A stretch of DNA of 64,000 bases. Origin: Octopus vulgaris (Eukaryota). Within the stretch, counting starts at the first letter, position 1, and each line of letters begins with the position of its first letter. The notes beneath the pieces are model-generated. The model had not been told where the DNA came from, did no database searches, and saw only the letters and a list, made by a program, of their open reading frames with translations. This document shows, piece after piece, positions 39,908 to 52,776 of the stretch. The position numbers and the translations under genes were made by a program. The stretch covers positions 80,910,001 to 80,974,000 of the forward strand of contig OX597821.1 in assembly GCA_951406725.2 (NCBI GenBank), read 5' to 3'.

Positions 39908-41920
39908 TATTTCATTAAATTTGCCATAAGGGCAGCACACAGAGAGAAGCTTGAGGGCTAGACAGAGACATTAATGGGATGAATGATGATGATATATGGA
40001 TGATAAGGATGGGAGAAGACGAAAAGCGCCCGCCGACTTTCGCTTCTCTAAAAAATTGTTCATTTTTTCTTTTAAAAAAAAAAAACACAATGAGGCAATA
40101 AACCTCTTACACAGTTCAAAATCAAAAATAAAACACAAACACGAGGCAATAATCCTCTCACTTTTTACATTTTTAGTCTCTTTTTGAAGTAATACACCTC
40201 TTCAATTTTCCGCCCGGCCAGGCTCCTCGCTTCATCGAAGCACCTGGTCCGTTCCGAACTTAAAGATTTCAACATAAATCTGAAGGAGTCATACGGGAAG
40301 GAGTTCGTTATCCTGCACAGATCGTTCTCCCATATGACCTCCGCAGCCACCTGCGAAGGCCACTCAGGGTCCTCCGTGTAGGACAGAAGCCCCTCCCACC
40401 GGCACTTCCTTTCAATTTTTTTGATTTCATTTTGCAAGGTTCCTCCCTTGTGGAAGAGGACCAAAAATTCCTCCTCCAGCAGCACACCCGCCAAAGGAGA
40501 ATCGGGACACGCTGGCAGCGTGTAACAACCCGCCGGCAATGTCCCGTTTTTCTTTTTCTTTTTTTTCCTTGGGCTGCGGGAGGGTGGTGTTCCCTTGCTG
40601 TGTCCAGCAGGTCCTCCTTTTCTCCTGCAGCTCTACATGGTTGCCCACCTTTCGCTTTCGTTTTTCGAGGAGGTTCCCACCTCCTCGACATCCTCCTCCT
40701 TCTCTCCCTCCATTGAGGGAGAAGGGAGTGGTTCCTCTGTTAACTGCTCCAGGATCCTATTTTGGTCCTTGGGGCAGTTTTTCTTGATGTGACCGGTCTC
40801 CAGGCACAGGTGACACTTGGGGGGGGGGGGCGTCCCTCGAGCATCACCGGATACCTAGACCCGGCCATCCTCAAAGAATCTGGGAAAACCACAATTTCGG
40901 CTGATTGGGTCCATAGGGTCAACACAGCTTTTGACCCCTCCCAATCAGCCGCAGGCAAAATTTTTACATTGAGCAGCTTGGTACTGCTACCACCCAGACT
41001 CCGGCGGATAGAGTCCTCTATCCACTCGGGCTCAATTCCAGGTGGCAAGCCGCAAACCCAAGCCCTCGTCAACCTCTTACCACAATGACTGGGAAGAAAC
41101 ATTATTTCCTTCCCCTCGAGGGGCCGGCTTGCAAAATCACAAGCTTCTTTGGAGGAGTCAAATAGCAACCAGACCGTTGCAAATTTGACTCCCCGTGAAA
41201 TAAATTTAATAGCTGGCATGTATTCTGCCAGCTCTTTCAAAATTGTGGCTTTCGGGAAGACGGTTATGGTATCGAGCGACTTTGAATAAGTCCTCAACAG
41301 CACCGTCTTCCTTTCGAGCTCTTTTAGCCATGATTTGGGAGGTGTTAATTCCCACACTAATATTTCCTTTGCCATTTTTTTTTTTAAATAAAAAGTTCAA
41401 ATATAATTCGTCAATACGTTTTCAAATAAAGAAAGATACACCGAAAAAGAAAGAAGACACAAAAGAAGGGAAGAAAAAATAAAAATAACAGTTCAAATAA
41501 AGTTCTTTTTTTTTTAAATAAATGATAGCTGTGAAAAGAGAGTTCAAATCCAGGCAAAGAAATAAATTTTCGGCCGAAAGGTACTTCTGGCCAAATCTTT
41601 TAATCCACGTGGGCACAAAAATTTTCAAATACAATTTCTCACAATTATGTGAGACAACAGACACGTCTCCATCGCAAGGCAGACAAAAAGCTTCGAATCC
41701 AGTAAGGACTCCCTGCCTGTTCAAAAAAGTTAAAACCATCAGACAACAAATCCTACCGGACTCAAAAAGCAAAAAGTCTTACCTTACAGCGTCTTTCAGT
41801 TCAACTTTCGTCAGCTGCATACCAGCGTGACGACTTCAACAGGTGCGTGAAGAACACTGTTTTTGATCTTTTTTTCTTTTGAGGACGGAGCTCAGAGCGA
41901 GGCGTCCTCTCAGTTCAACC
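39908..41920 (-). mobile_element. Complete 2.0-kb non-autonomous non-LTR element encoding only an ORF1-like protein (L1/Tx1-like; HAL1-type architecture)
   Basis: 15-bp TSD GGAAGCAAGCTTCTT at 39893-39907 and 41921-41935; ORF 40740-41375 followed by a CHLCLETGHIKKNC zinc knuckle across a G12 frameshift; ends with AATAAA; no RT or endonuclease. Confidence 0.85.
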
Positions 41921-42018
41921 GGAAGCAAGCTTCTTACCACACAGCAACACACACACACACATATATATAGGTTGTTGGTGCAAACAGGAAAAATAGAACT
42001 CAAAATGTGAGCATATTA

Positions 42019-42413
42019 CTCTTTTACTTGTTTCAGTCACTTGACTGCGGCCATGCTGGAGCACCGCCTTTAGTCGAGTGAATCGACCCCGGGACTTATT
42101 CTTTGTAAGGCCAGTATTTATTCTATCGGTCTCTTTTGCCGAACCACTAAGTGACGGGGACGTAAACACACCAGCATCGGTTGTCAAGCAATGCTAGGGG
42201 GATAAACACAAACACACACATGCATACATATATATATATATATATACATATATACGACAGGCTTCTTTCAGTTTCCGTCTACCAAATCCACTCACAAGGC
42301 ATTGGTCGGCCCGGGGCTATAGCAGAAGACACTTGCCCAAGATGCCACGCAGTGGGACTGAACCCGGAACCATGTGGTTGGTTAGCAAGCTACTTACCAC
42401 ACAGCCACTCCTG
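42019..42413 (-). repeat. tRNA-derived SINE family B, full-length copy
   Basis: Head CAGGAGTGGCTGTGTGGTAAG...GGTTCCGGGTTCAGTCCC; CORE-like CTTGGGCAAGTGTCTT; tail GGCGGTGCTCCAGCATGGCCGCAGTCAAGTGACTGAAACAAGTAAAAGA. Other copies lie near 9345-10415, 17745-18120, 26560-26750, 39585-39907 and 45685-46035. Confidence 0.9.
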
Positions 42414-42552
42414 ATATTTTTTATTAATATTTAGCAGAAACAACAGAGTAACTCAAAGTGCGAAAGTTTCATGCGTTGGCATGTTTGGTAAGTACCAATG
42501 CATGAAACCTTGAGTCACTCTGTTGTTTCTGCTAAATATTAATAAAACAGAT

Positions 42553-42590
<38 letters not shown>

Positions 42591-43079
42591 CTTTAAGGTG
42601 GTGCTACAACATGGCTGCAGTCAAATGACTGAAACAAGTAAAAGAACAATACATATATATATATATATAGATATATAGTTGAAATTTACAGAAAAATAAA
42701 AGATGAAGACAAGTGTATAAACAACAAGTAGACATAAAGGCGGTGCTCCAGTATGGCTGCAGTCAAATGACTGAAACAAGTAAAAAAGTATATTAGTTTA
42801 ATGCTCGGGAAGGTGAGAAAGTCTTTTACGTTTCGAGCCTAGGCTCTTCAACAAAAAGAAACACAAGGAAATAAACAGAGAGAATAAATATATAATACAC
42901 ACACACACACACAATGAGTACCCACACAATTTCTGTTTTCCAAACTCACTCCCAAAGCATTGGTCAGCCAGAGCTATAGTAGAAGACACTTGAGCAAGGT
43001 GTCACATAGTGGGACTGAACCTGAAACCACATGGTTAAAAAGTGAACTTCTTAACCACTTAACTGAAAAGTAAAAATGT

Positions 43080-43698
43080 CTTTATATTTCCATGCTTATA
43101 AAAATAAGAAAACAACCTTGCTAATTTTTATAATTTTGTTTTTATTTATATTAATATCATCACCATCATTATCAACATCATCATTTAGATTCGTATTGTC
43201 ACAATTATCGATATTGTTAATTAGTAAATTGTGTTGTTTTTTGTTTTGTTTTTGTTTTTGTTTTTTTTTTTGTTTTTTAAAAAGAGGTTGGTGGAGAAGG
43301 GGGAATTTTTCTATGATGTTTGTGGTTGTTTTGAAGGGCTGTTTGTGTTGTGTGGTGGTGGTGGTGGCAGAGTTAGAGTGAATTAACGATGCGAGAGAGA
43401 GAAAGAGGGAGGGAGAGAAAGAGAGAGAGAGAAAGAGGGAGGGAGAGAAAGACAGAGAGCAGTTATTGAGAAAAGCTTAAATATAGAGGCCCGTTACAAG
43501 AAAGAGGGAAGAATGTGCTGGAATCTAGTGAAAATTATCATTATTAGTAGTAGTAGTAGTAGGAGTAATAGTAGTAAAAATGGTTTATTGGTTTGTCTGG
43601 TAGCAGACATTATTGAGTAAGTGGACAGGGTGTCGGGAGGGGCGGGATTTAGTCCTCTTATTGATTTATTCATAGAAGTCTTTTGTTTATATATGCAC

Positions 43699-43741
<43 letters not shown>

Positions 43742-43952
43742 GCACATGTATGTATGTGTATGTATTTATGTATGCCCATTTGAAATGATTGCCATGACAG
43801 AGAAAGAAGCTCAGAGCTCAGCTTCTACACACAAGAGAAAGAAGAGAGTGAGTATTAATGAAGATCAAGATGTAGAGGTGGCGGTTGTGGTGGTGGTGGT
43901 GGAGAGGGAGAGTCGTTTAGGAGAGCTGAGGTTGGTGGGGACATGAAGTTTT
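43080..43952 (-). other. ROCK: Probable ROCK 3'UTR
   Basis: SINE-free sequence after the stop codon; AATAAA on the - strand at 43141-43146; end approximate. Confidence 0.55.
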
Positions 43953-44067
43953 TCAAGGACGAGTATTTGGTGGGAGTGTCGCTGATTTTCCAACTGAAGA
44001 ATGACGAAGTAGTGGCCCATATGATGAATATTGTCTCAAGCTACGAGAAGGCACCACGCTGGAAGAA
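43953..44067 (-). CDS. ROCK: ROCK terminal coding exon
   Basis: Long poly-T tract + cgcag| acceptor; phase 2 fits; (S)SSSVVPSRSLRQYSSYGPLLRHSSVGKSATLPPNTRP-TGA; the SATLP tail resembles invertebrate Rok C-termini as I recall them. Confidence 0.88.
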
Positions 44068-47000
44068 CTGCGAAAAAAAAAAAAGAGAAAAACAGCATAA
44101 CTTTAGAATAGAATAGACTGTAGAGTTTGAGATGGAATGGTCAGTAGATAGAGAGTCATATTATATCTTATGTAGACCTGGTTTCAAATCCCAGTTGGAA
44201 CAACTTCAAGAACATACCTAATGCCATTGAGAACTTACCATTTCCTACATGCTATGCCATGAGTCTTAGGCTTTATACATATGTAAGAATCGATAGTCCA
44301 CCCAATGCCTCATTTGACAAAGATGAAACCCAGCTGAAACTGACTTTGTCTTTTAGTAATGCTGGAGTCATTAAAATAAAATAAAAACTACAGAGGAACA
44401 ATTAGTCACTTGGTTAGAATAAATTTTACTTAGATAATCAAATATGGTGCTAATTGCCAGAGAGCTCAATAATAAAGTTATGTATGTACTCTCTCCACTA
44501 CTCTTTTAGGTGATACAGTCTTTTCCAGAAGCAAGAACTGTGTTGCAGGATGTCATCTGAAGCCTCAGCTATTTAACAGAGCATAAAACAGAAATGCTTC
44601 AAATCTATCTGTATAAATAAAATCCCATTCAGGAATGACATCCTTAGTTATGTTTAAAACCTCAAAGTAATGAATGAATTTCCTATCCATCTAATTGTAA
44701 ATTCTCATCTTATTTTCAATTCTATGATTTTAGCATTTTACTCATTTCTAACATTTAAACATACTCCTCTTCTCATCTCTAATCAACTGTACAAATTCAC
44801 ACTTTTACTGAATAAACCCCTCGTCTTATATCCTATGTAGGAGGAAAAAAGTACTTTACATAATCAGAAACAAAGAATCATATCTCTCACATATCTTCAG
44901 AACTATACATCAAATTTCATCTGAAAATGAAAACCATAAATTTCCCTCCATGTAAAGCCAACTTCTTTCCACATCCAAATCTACCATTTCATCTTTGTTA
45001 AAGACTAGCATTTATCATACTAATGGTGTATTATGTATATATATTCATATAGGACATGCAATGTTCCTTCTAAGCTGTGCACTTGTGAATGCAATATTTT
45101 GTAGCCAGCATACACAAAATAACGAAAGTGCACTCGTTAAATTAATACATGCACAAAAAGTTAATTGTCAAAATTATGTAGTAATTAATAACTATATTTA
45201 TTACACGGTCAATGCACTCAAATTTTTGTCACAAGGGAAGAAAATTTGGTGCACACAGACCACTAAAAGTTGGTGGGAACATTGGAGTATCAGCATGTTT
45301 TGCCTAAGGTTTAACATTCCAGCATTTTAAATCAGTAAACAACTAATTGATTTAGAACACTAATGGTGTAAGATATACTGATGCCATCAACATTATCGTC
45401 ATTTAACATCCACTTTTCTGTGCTTGCATTTATCAAAAAAGAATTTGCTAAGACAATATTCCAACAGCTGGATGATACCCTTCATGGTGGCCACCTCCAC
45501 CTGTTTCCAAGCAAGGTGATATTTTCCCATATCCACACGCTTTCTACAGAAGATAGAAAACAAACAACCTTGCTTATATGATGGTGATGCTCATTTACAG
45601 CTATTACAACTATTGCATCATGTCTAGACAAGGGCACACACAAAAATACACACACACACACAAATAAATACATATGTATTTTTATCTTTTACTTGTTTTA
45701 GTCTTTGGACTGTGGCCATGCTGGGACATAGTCTTGAACAGTTTAGTCAAACAAGTCAACTGCAGTACTTATTTTTAAGCCTGATACCTATTTTATTAAC
45801 TATTTTGCTGAACTACTAAGTTCCAGGGATATAAACAAACCAATTACTAAGTAGTGAAGGGTAGGGAGGACAAATACACACCTCCAGGCTTCTTTCAGTT
45901 TCCAGCAACTAAGTCTACAAAGATTTGATCAACCCGAGGCTATAGTAAAAGACACTTGTGCTTAAGAAGCTGCACAGTGGAACTGAACTGTAGACCACAT
46001 GGTTGGGAAGCAAGCTTCTCAATCACACAGCCACACCAAAACTGATAAAAGATCCTTTAAATATGAATATTACTTCATATAAGAGGTGGTGGTGGAGGAA
46101 TCTCTGCAACCAAAGACATGTCAATAAGACTGAGTCTACAACAACCTTGTCTTTGTGGTGGTTGGATTGGACCAATTTAAATCCTACAAAATGAACCACC
46201 ACAGAATGACAAAAATGTCATTTCGAGTCTGGGTAAGTATCAGCTTTCCTCATAACTCTAAGTACGACGGCCAAGATCTAAAAGCTTTGCCATTTATTTA
46301 CAAATTATGTATCAAAGTACAGATGTCAGAATGAGAAGTCATCATCTGGTTCAGCAGACACACAGACAGACAATAACAAGATGACAGGATATAGCCTGAA
46401 AATTATTTTCTGCTGCAACATATGAAGAGGTCATATGAAGAGGTCAGTAGTTTTAAGAGGAAAACCTTTCTTATTTTGTTTAAAATCAAGGTTTCATATA
46501 ACAGTGCAAACTAGTCCTACTCAAGTTTCATGTCATATACACACGCACATGTGTGTGTGTGTGTGTACAGCCATTATCTAAAACAAAACAATGCACTATA
46601 AAGAACCCCAATTAGCATTTTTTAACCCTGTCACCTTAATATTCTGTAAAATTAACATTAAACAGCCTCCATACTTGGCAAAAGTCAAAAGCTGGAGTTC
46701 AATTCCAGCCGACAGATTGTTGAATGTAGTTTCTTAATAAATGTGACCAAAGTTTCTTTCACATTTGACAGCAATGCTTACATTGGAAACATTACAAACT
46801 GAATGATTCCCAAGCTGTTGTCACTACTGCCAATGTCCTAGGTAGTGGTTCGAAACTTTTAGCATTTAAATTGGCCATATCAAGCCTCTTACACCTACCC
46901 TACAACGCCATTCTAAAAATAAACAATGACATTATTGAAATCTTGAAGCTACAAGACATTGCATGATTAATTGAAAACGATGGGAATAAATAAGCATTTC

Positions 47001-47473
47001 ACTTGTTGGAGTAAACTGAGTGCTAAATGGTCGAGGAGAGGACAGAGCTGCAGTTATTTAGCAGTGTTTCATACATAAGCATCTAACTGCATCAAATTAG
47101 TATCATCATCATCATCATCATCATCATTTAACGTCCGCCTTCCATGCTGTGTCCTAATATATATGGCAAGGTTGGACAGGGTTTCGCTGAATATTACATT
47201 ATACTTTACAGAAATGGTTTAGAACTCAAAAAGCAGGAATTAACTGAAAACAGATATTCATTTTACATTCAATCAACACAAATGAACAACTTAAACTACA
47301 GAAAAAACAAATTTCAAAAATAACATACATACATACATATATATTGGAAGGCTTCAGTACAATAATCATGCTTATGCAAAAATATCAATATATTATCATT
47401 ATATATCATGCTTATATAAGAAATTATCATTGCCATTATTATTATTACAATTATTGTTATAATCATTACTATG

Positions 47474-47512
<39 letters not shown>

Positions 47513-48939
47513 TACTACTACAACTATTATCTTTATTGTTGTTATTAATGTCATCATCCCATTATTATTAACTTCCCTTAAATGAACAGTTTATGCCCAA
47601 GGAGTAAGGTTATACATTTAAGCTAGTTAATAGTCCTCTCCACATAAATGTCTTTACTGTAGATTCAGCAATGATATGAACGGTTAAATAGAAGAACCTG
47701 ACATCAATAAAGCTTGGAGAAAAATTTATAAATGACAACTTAATCATATGAAAAACAAAAAAAAGTTGCAGTACACTGATGGACAAAAATAAAAGAAACA
47801 AAATAATATTCAAAAATTATCAGTCGTTCCATGCTGATAGAAATTAACCAATGAGAAACAGTGTCAAGAACAATAACAACAATAGAACTATACAATGTTG
47901 GTCTTTATTTATTATTTTCAAATCTCACCAATTTGAAGTGTTTTTTGTTTTACAAAAAAAAAAAAACTAAGATTGTAGAAGAGAAAATAAACATGAAATT
48001 GTAGACAACAGTCACTGCTGGTAACATATTCATACAGAATGCACTGGTGGGGTTGAAATCAAAATGGAAATGTATAAAATAAGAAAAGAGAACAAAATAA
48101 AACAGAAAAAAAAAGAAACATGAAGGTGGTGCCACAAACTGTAACAAAGCGTAAAATGAATTCAGAACCAGTGATAGAATTGTGAAGAATCACAGAACAA
48201 AGCACAGAAACATTATCAGGAAAGAAAGAAAGAAAACACACACACACATACATTGTGTAACAGGAATGAACAGAATTTTTTTTCTTTCATTTCACCAAAA
48301 AAAAAGAAATAACTTTTAACACCAACATTGTGACACTCAGGTAAAGAATTGTAATTTACAAATTCAGGTATTAACAGCTTCCAACATCATCACAACGCAA
48401 CTTACATTGGTGAAACTTGTCTTGCTGCTATTAATGGTGCATTTGTAAAAATGGTGCACCTTACTCCGTTATTTCCTACAACATCAAGTTAGATTGAAAA
48501 AGAAAAGAATCATCAGACATTAGAAGTAAACATTCCTCAGTAAAGTGAGAAATAAAATATTAATAAATAAACTGCAGAAATGATCTCATCTTTTTGACAG
48601 AGAGTCTTCAACTACAGACAGTTTTATACAGGGCCAAGGCACAACAAGGTACCGACACATCATCCAAGCCATAAAAGCCATCCCCCCACAGAAAATATTA
48701 AAAAAAACTTATACATTCAACAATGTCTTAAGTAAAACATACTAAATGAGAAGGGTTACAATGAATTCTGGAGAAGCACTTAAGAGATGGCTTATCAATA
48801 CTGATCAATAGTGCTATGTAGAAGGACACAAACAATAGAGAAAACTAACACACACAAAGCATCTGTTAAATGCATTGTGACTAAAGATTATGTATTCATA
48901 AGTGATTGGTAAATTGGTGGATTATTTTGAAATACTATG

Positions 48940-49375
48940 CAGCACGTTTATCAAATGGTTTTATATATGAATCTGTGCTGTTATATGGCAGTGAAAATAT
49001 GGCGAGTGACAAAGCAAATATCAACGGGCTAAATGGATGCTACAAATGGCCCTAGGTGTGAAATGGCAGCAACAGACAACAAATGAATGGCGACCTGCCA
49101 AAAGTTAGCAAGAAGATTAGGCAAAGACAGCTGCGATTATCCAGCCATTGTGTACAGTATCCTGAATTGGAAGCAACCAAATTAATCTTGTGGAACCCAC
49201 TTCCCGGTGATGTAAGAAGAGGTAAACATCATTCACACTTTCATCAACAACGTGATTGCAGACATTGGCTTGGAATGTATCCAGGACTTTCAGGCATTTT
49301 GATGTTGGACCAAGAAATGTGGCGGGTGGACTTTGTTGTTGTGGCCTCGGTTAGAACCCGGCCACAATAATAATA
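48940..49375 (+). mobile_element. RTE/RTEX-like LINE 3' remnant in a ROCK intron
   Basis: VLLYGSE motif, then GDLPKVSKKIRQRQLRLSSHCVQYPELEATKLILWNPLPGDVRRGK (ORF 49083-49370) and a (TAA)n tail. Confidence 0.8.
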
Positions 49376-50789
49376 AAAATTGATATGTAAAAAAAAATTC
49401 AATGTTTAAGACATACCTTGTAAGTCACAAAGCAGTCTTCTTGTATTCAGGAAAGCAAAGTTTTTCCAATAAGACTGAAAATGCAACAATCAATTTTAGG
49501 ACTAACTGATCACCATCTCAGGTTGATATTTAGTCCCACCACCATCATTTGCAACTGAAGAGACAACTGAAGGTGTAAGTTGGTAATCATGCTGAATAAT
49601 ATTGATTTCAAATTTTGGCACAATGCCAGCAATTTCAGGGGAGGGGGTAAGTTGATTACATTGGCCCCAATTCTCAACTGGTACTTATTTTATCAACCCC
49701 AAGAGGATGGAAGGCAAAGTTGACCATGGCAGAATTTGAACTCAGAATATGCATACAGATGAAATGCCACTAAGCATTTCACCCAGTGTGCCAACGATTC
49801 TGCCAGCTTTCCACCTTCATACTGAAATAGTAACTTTATCACTTGTACAAGGTTGTTACAACTCATACCTGTCACTGTACATTACAGAATAATTACTAGC
49901 TGAGCCCCAGCACAACACTTAGCAAGTCAAGCCACACAGCCTGATGAAAGAAACAATAATCCTGCAGGTAACAACTGCTTTACTGGTCAGCTGATTTACT
50001 GAAAATATCAGGGGTTTATAATCCCAGTATAAACACAACTAAATATGTCTCATAATAATAGTAATAATAATAATCTTTTCTACTATAGGTACAAGGCCTG
50101 AAATTTGGGGGAGGTGGAGATTACTTGATTACATCGACCCCAGTGTTTCCACTGTTATTTGTTTTATTGACCCTGAAAAGATGAAAGACAAAGTTGACCT
50201 CAGTAGAATTTGAACTCAGAACATAAAGATGGACAAAATGTTGCTAAGCATTTAGCCTGACATGCTAACGATTTGGCTATTTGCCACCTGCTCATAATAA
50301 TAATGATGGTTTCAAATTTTGCCACAAGGGCAGCAATTTTGAGAGAGGGAGATAGTTGATTACATTGACCCCAGTACACAACTGGTACTTAATTTATCGA
50401 CCCTAAAAGGATAAAAGGCAAAGTCGATCTCAGCCAAATTTGAACTCAGAACGTAGCGACAGGCAATATACTGCTAAGCATTTCAAACAGTGTGTTACCA
50501 ATTCTGCCAGCTCACCACCTTTCCCATAACAATAATAATATCAATAATAATAATAACAATAACAATAATAATAAGCCTTTCTACTAGAGGCACAAGGCCT
50601 GAAATTTTGGGAGAGGGGGATAGTTGATTACTTTGACCTCCAATACAAAACTGGTATTTATTCTATAGACCCTGAAAGGCAAAGTTGACCTTGGCAGAAT
50701 TGGAACTTAGAACGTACCGCTAAGCATTTCACCTGGCATGCTAACGATTCTGACAATTCGCCAGTAATAATAATAATAATAATAATAAT

Positions 50790-50820
<31 letters not shown>

Positions 50821-52499
50821 TTATAAACTCTGAAGCAGTTCTCTCTCATTAAAGGGAATCTTCCCCCCACCTCTTCTATCTCTCAGTAAACTATCTTTCT
50901 TCCTCACTCCAGAAACAACTGTAGATGGGGTCAGAAACAACCCACATCAAATTTCCCACATAAATGTTTTAAACATTATTCTTCTTTTATATATTTACTG
51001 CTGATGTGTTTATACTAAAAACATCATCAAACTAAGAAATCCATGCCCATCACATTGATTTGGTTAGGAGATTGTTTGCTACTAAAAGAAATATGTTAAT
51101 AACACCTGGTCTGCTTGATATTAGCTAACAGCACTAACTTTAACAATGCCCGTTTCGGGAGCCAATTTGTGTGTTAAAGGAGTTAATGAGCTGAAATATA
51201 TAAATTGTCAGGATTTCAAATCTTGCTAACAACTCTCTCGAACATGGCAAATTATTGCATACATTAAGCTAACATTATTTTTATGATATTGTTGTTGTTT
51301 AGCCCAAGGCCAGCCTTGAGTAGACCAATGATCAAAGGTGCATCATTTCATACATCAAGGTCTACACCACCCAATGTCTCCCTTTTTATTTAAGATGGAT
51401 AGGTTTGACTTAAGAGACCTTTGGTTGCTATTTCTAGCAGACAGAGCAACTGTAGTTGCTCTCTTACTGGTTCATGCTTTATAATGTGGCAGTCCATGGT
51501 AAGTGTCAAAAATAATAAATGAAAAAACTGATTCAATGATATGTTAAGTTGTTAATAGATTAATGTTAATGATATGCTAATATATTAAAATTCACATTTA
51601 CAAAATCATCCCATTTCTGTTACATAAGAATGCCAGTGTGTGTGTGTGTGTGTGTGTAGGAGTGAATGTGTTAATAGATTCCTTTTACTTTAAGGTAAGA
51701 CAATAAAACATGAACGTAATCTTAAAATAAGGAATGGATTAGATAAAACCCCACCTTAATCATCAGCTTCCTCTCTACCATCGTCACCATCATCATCATC
51801 GTCAGCACCAGCAGCAACAGCAATTCATTTGATGTATATTTTCCCCAACCCCAAGCTCACATCTTTAGCAACAGATGAAACGTAAGAGCTTACATAACCA
51901 TAAGAGCTGTCAGTTGGAAAGAGGCTTTGAAACAACATTCTGAATCTAAAGTAATGATTTATTTCTTATATGGTGGGGCTACCTGACGAGATGATCAATT
52001 AGTCCTGAAATTTATAGTAAAAGCAATAGAGTCAATTTACTGGTACTTAATTTATCAACACTAATTTAATATGAATCTGGAATTTAAAAAGGGCCTAACT
52101 GGACACTGCAAAACATTTTAGCCTAGAGCTGCACTGATTCAACCACTCACCACCCTCATAAATGTAAGCAATTCTACTTTTGGCACAAGGCCAGCAATTT
52201 TGAGGGGAATGGGGTGGGGGAGTCGATTACATTGACACTTAGTACTCAATGGCTACTTATTTCAAAGGTAAAGTTGGCATAGGAATTCAGAGCATAAAGA
52301 GCCAGAAGAAATGCTACCAATCATTTTGTCCAGCATAATAACGATTCAGCCAGCACACTGCATTACATAAATGTAAATAATGACACAGCTATATAATTAC
52401 AGTTAGTTCGGGAAGAGATTTTTAAAGGATTGTAAGTGTATATCAAAATATTGAAGCTCTGCTTCAGTGAGCATGCTTATTATTATGTTTTTCCATAAG

Positions 52500-52776
52500 A
52501 GCATGAGTGCTCTTGGATGCTGGTTGCTCACATTGTGGCTTTTTGCTTTTGACTACCCATTTTGGTTCACTACATGATGGTTGGAGCCATTTGGTCTTGC
52601 TTAGACTGCTCACATCTTTGGCATGATGAATTGGCCTAGCATCTGTTTATCAGTTATAAAACGTGGGCAATCCAAGCAAAACCAAATAGATCCAACTATC
52701 ATGTGGTGAATGAAAATGGGTAGTCAAAAGCAAAAATCCATAATGTGGGCAGCCAAAGTCCAAGAGTGCTCATGCT
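52500..52776. repeat. Long inverted repeat (foldback/MITE-like) in a ROCK intron
   Basis: Arms 52500-52619 and 52658-52776 are reverse complements at roughly 80% identity by eye (e.g. tttttgcttttgactacccatttt / aaaatgggtagtcaaaagcaaaaa); spacer about 38 bp. Confidence 0.9.
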
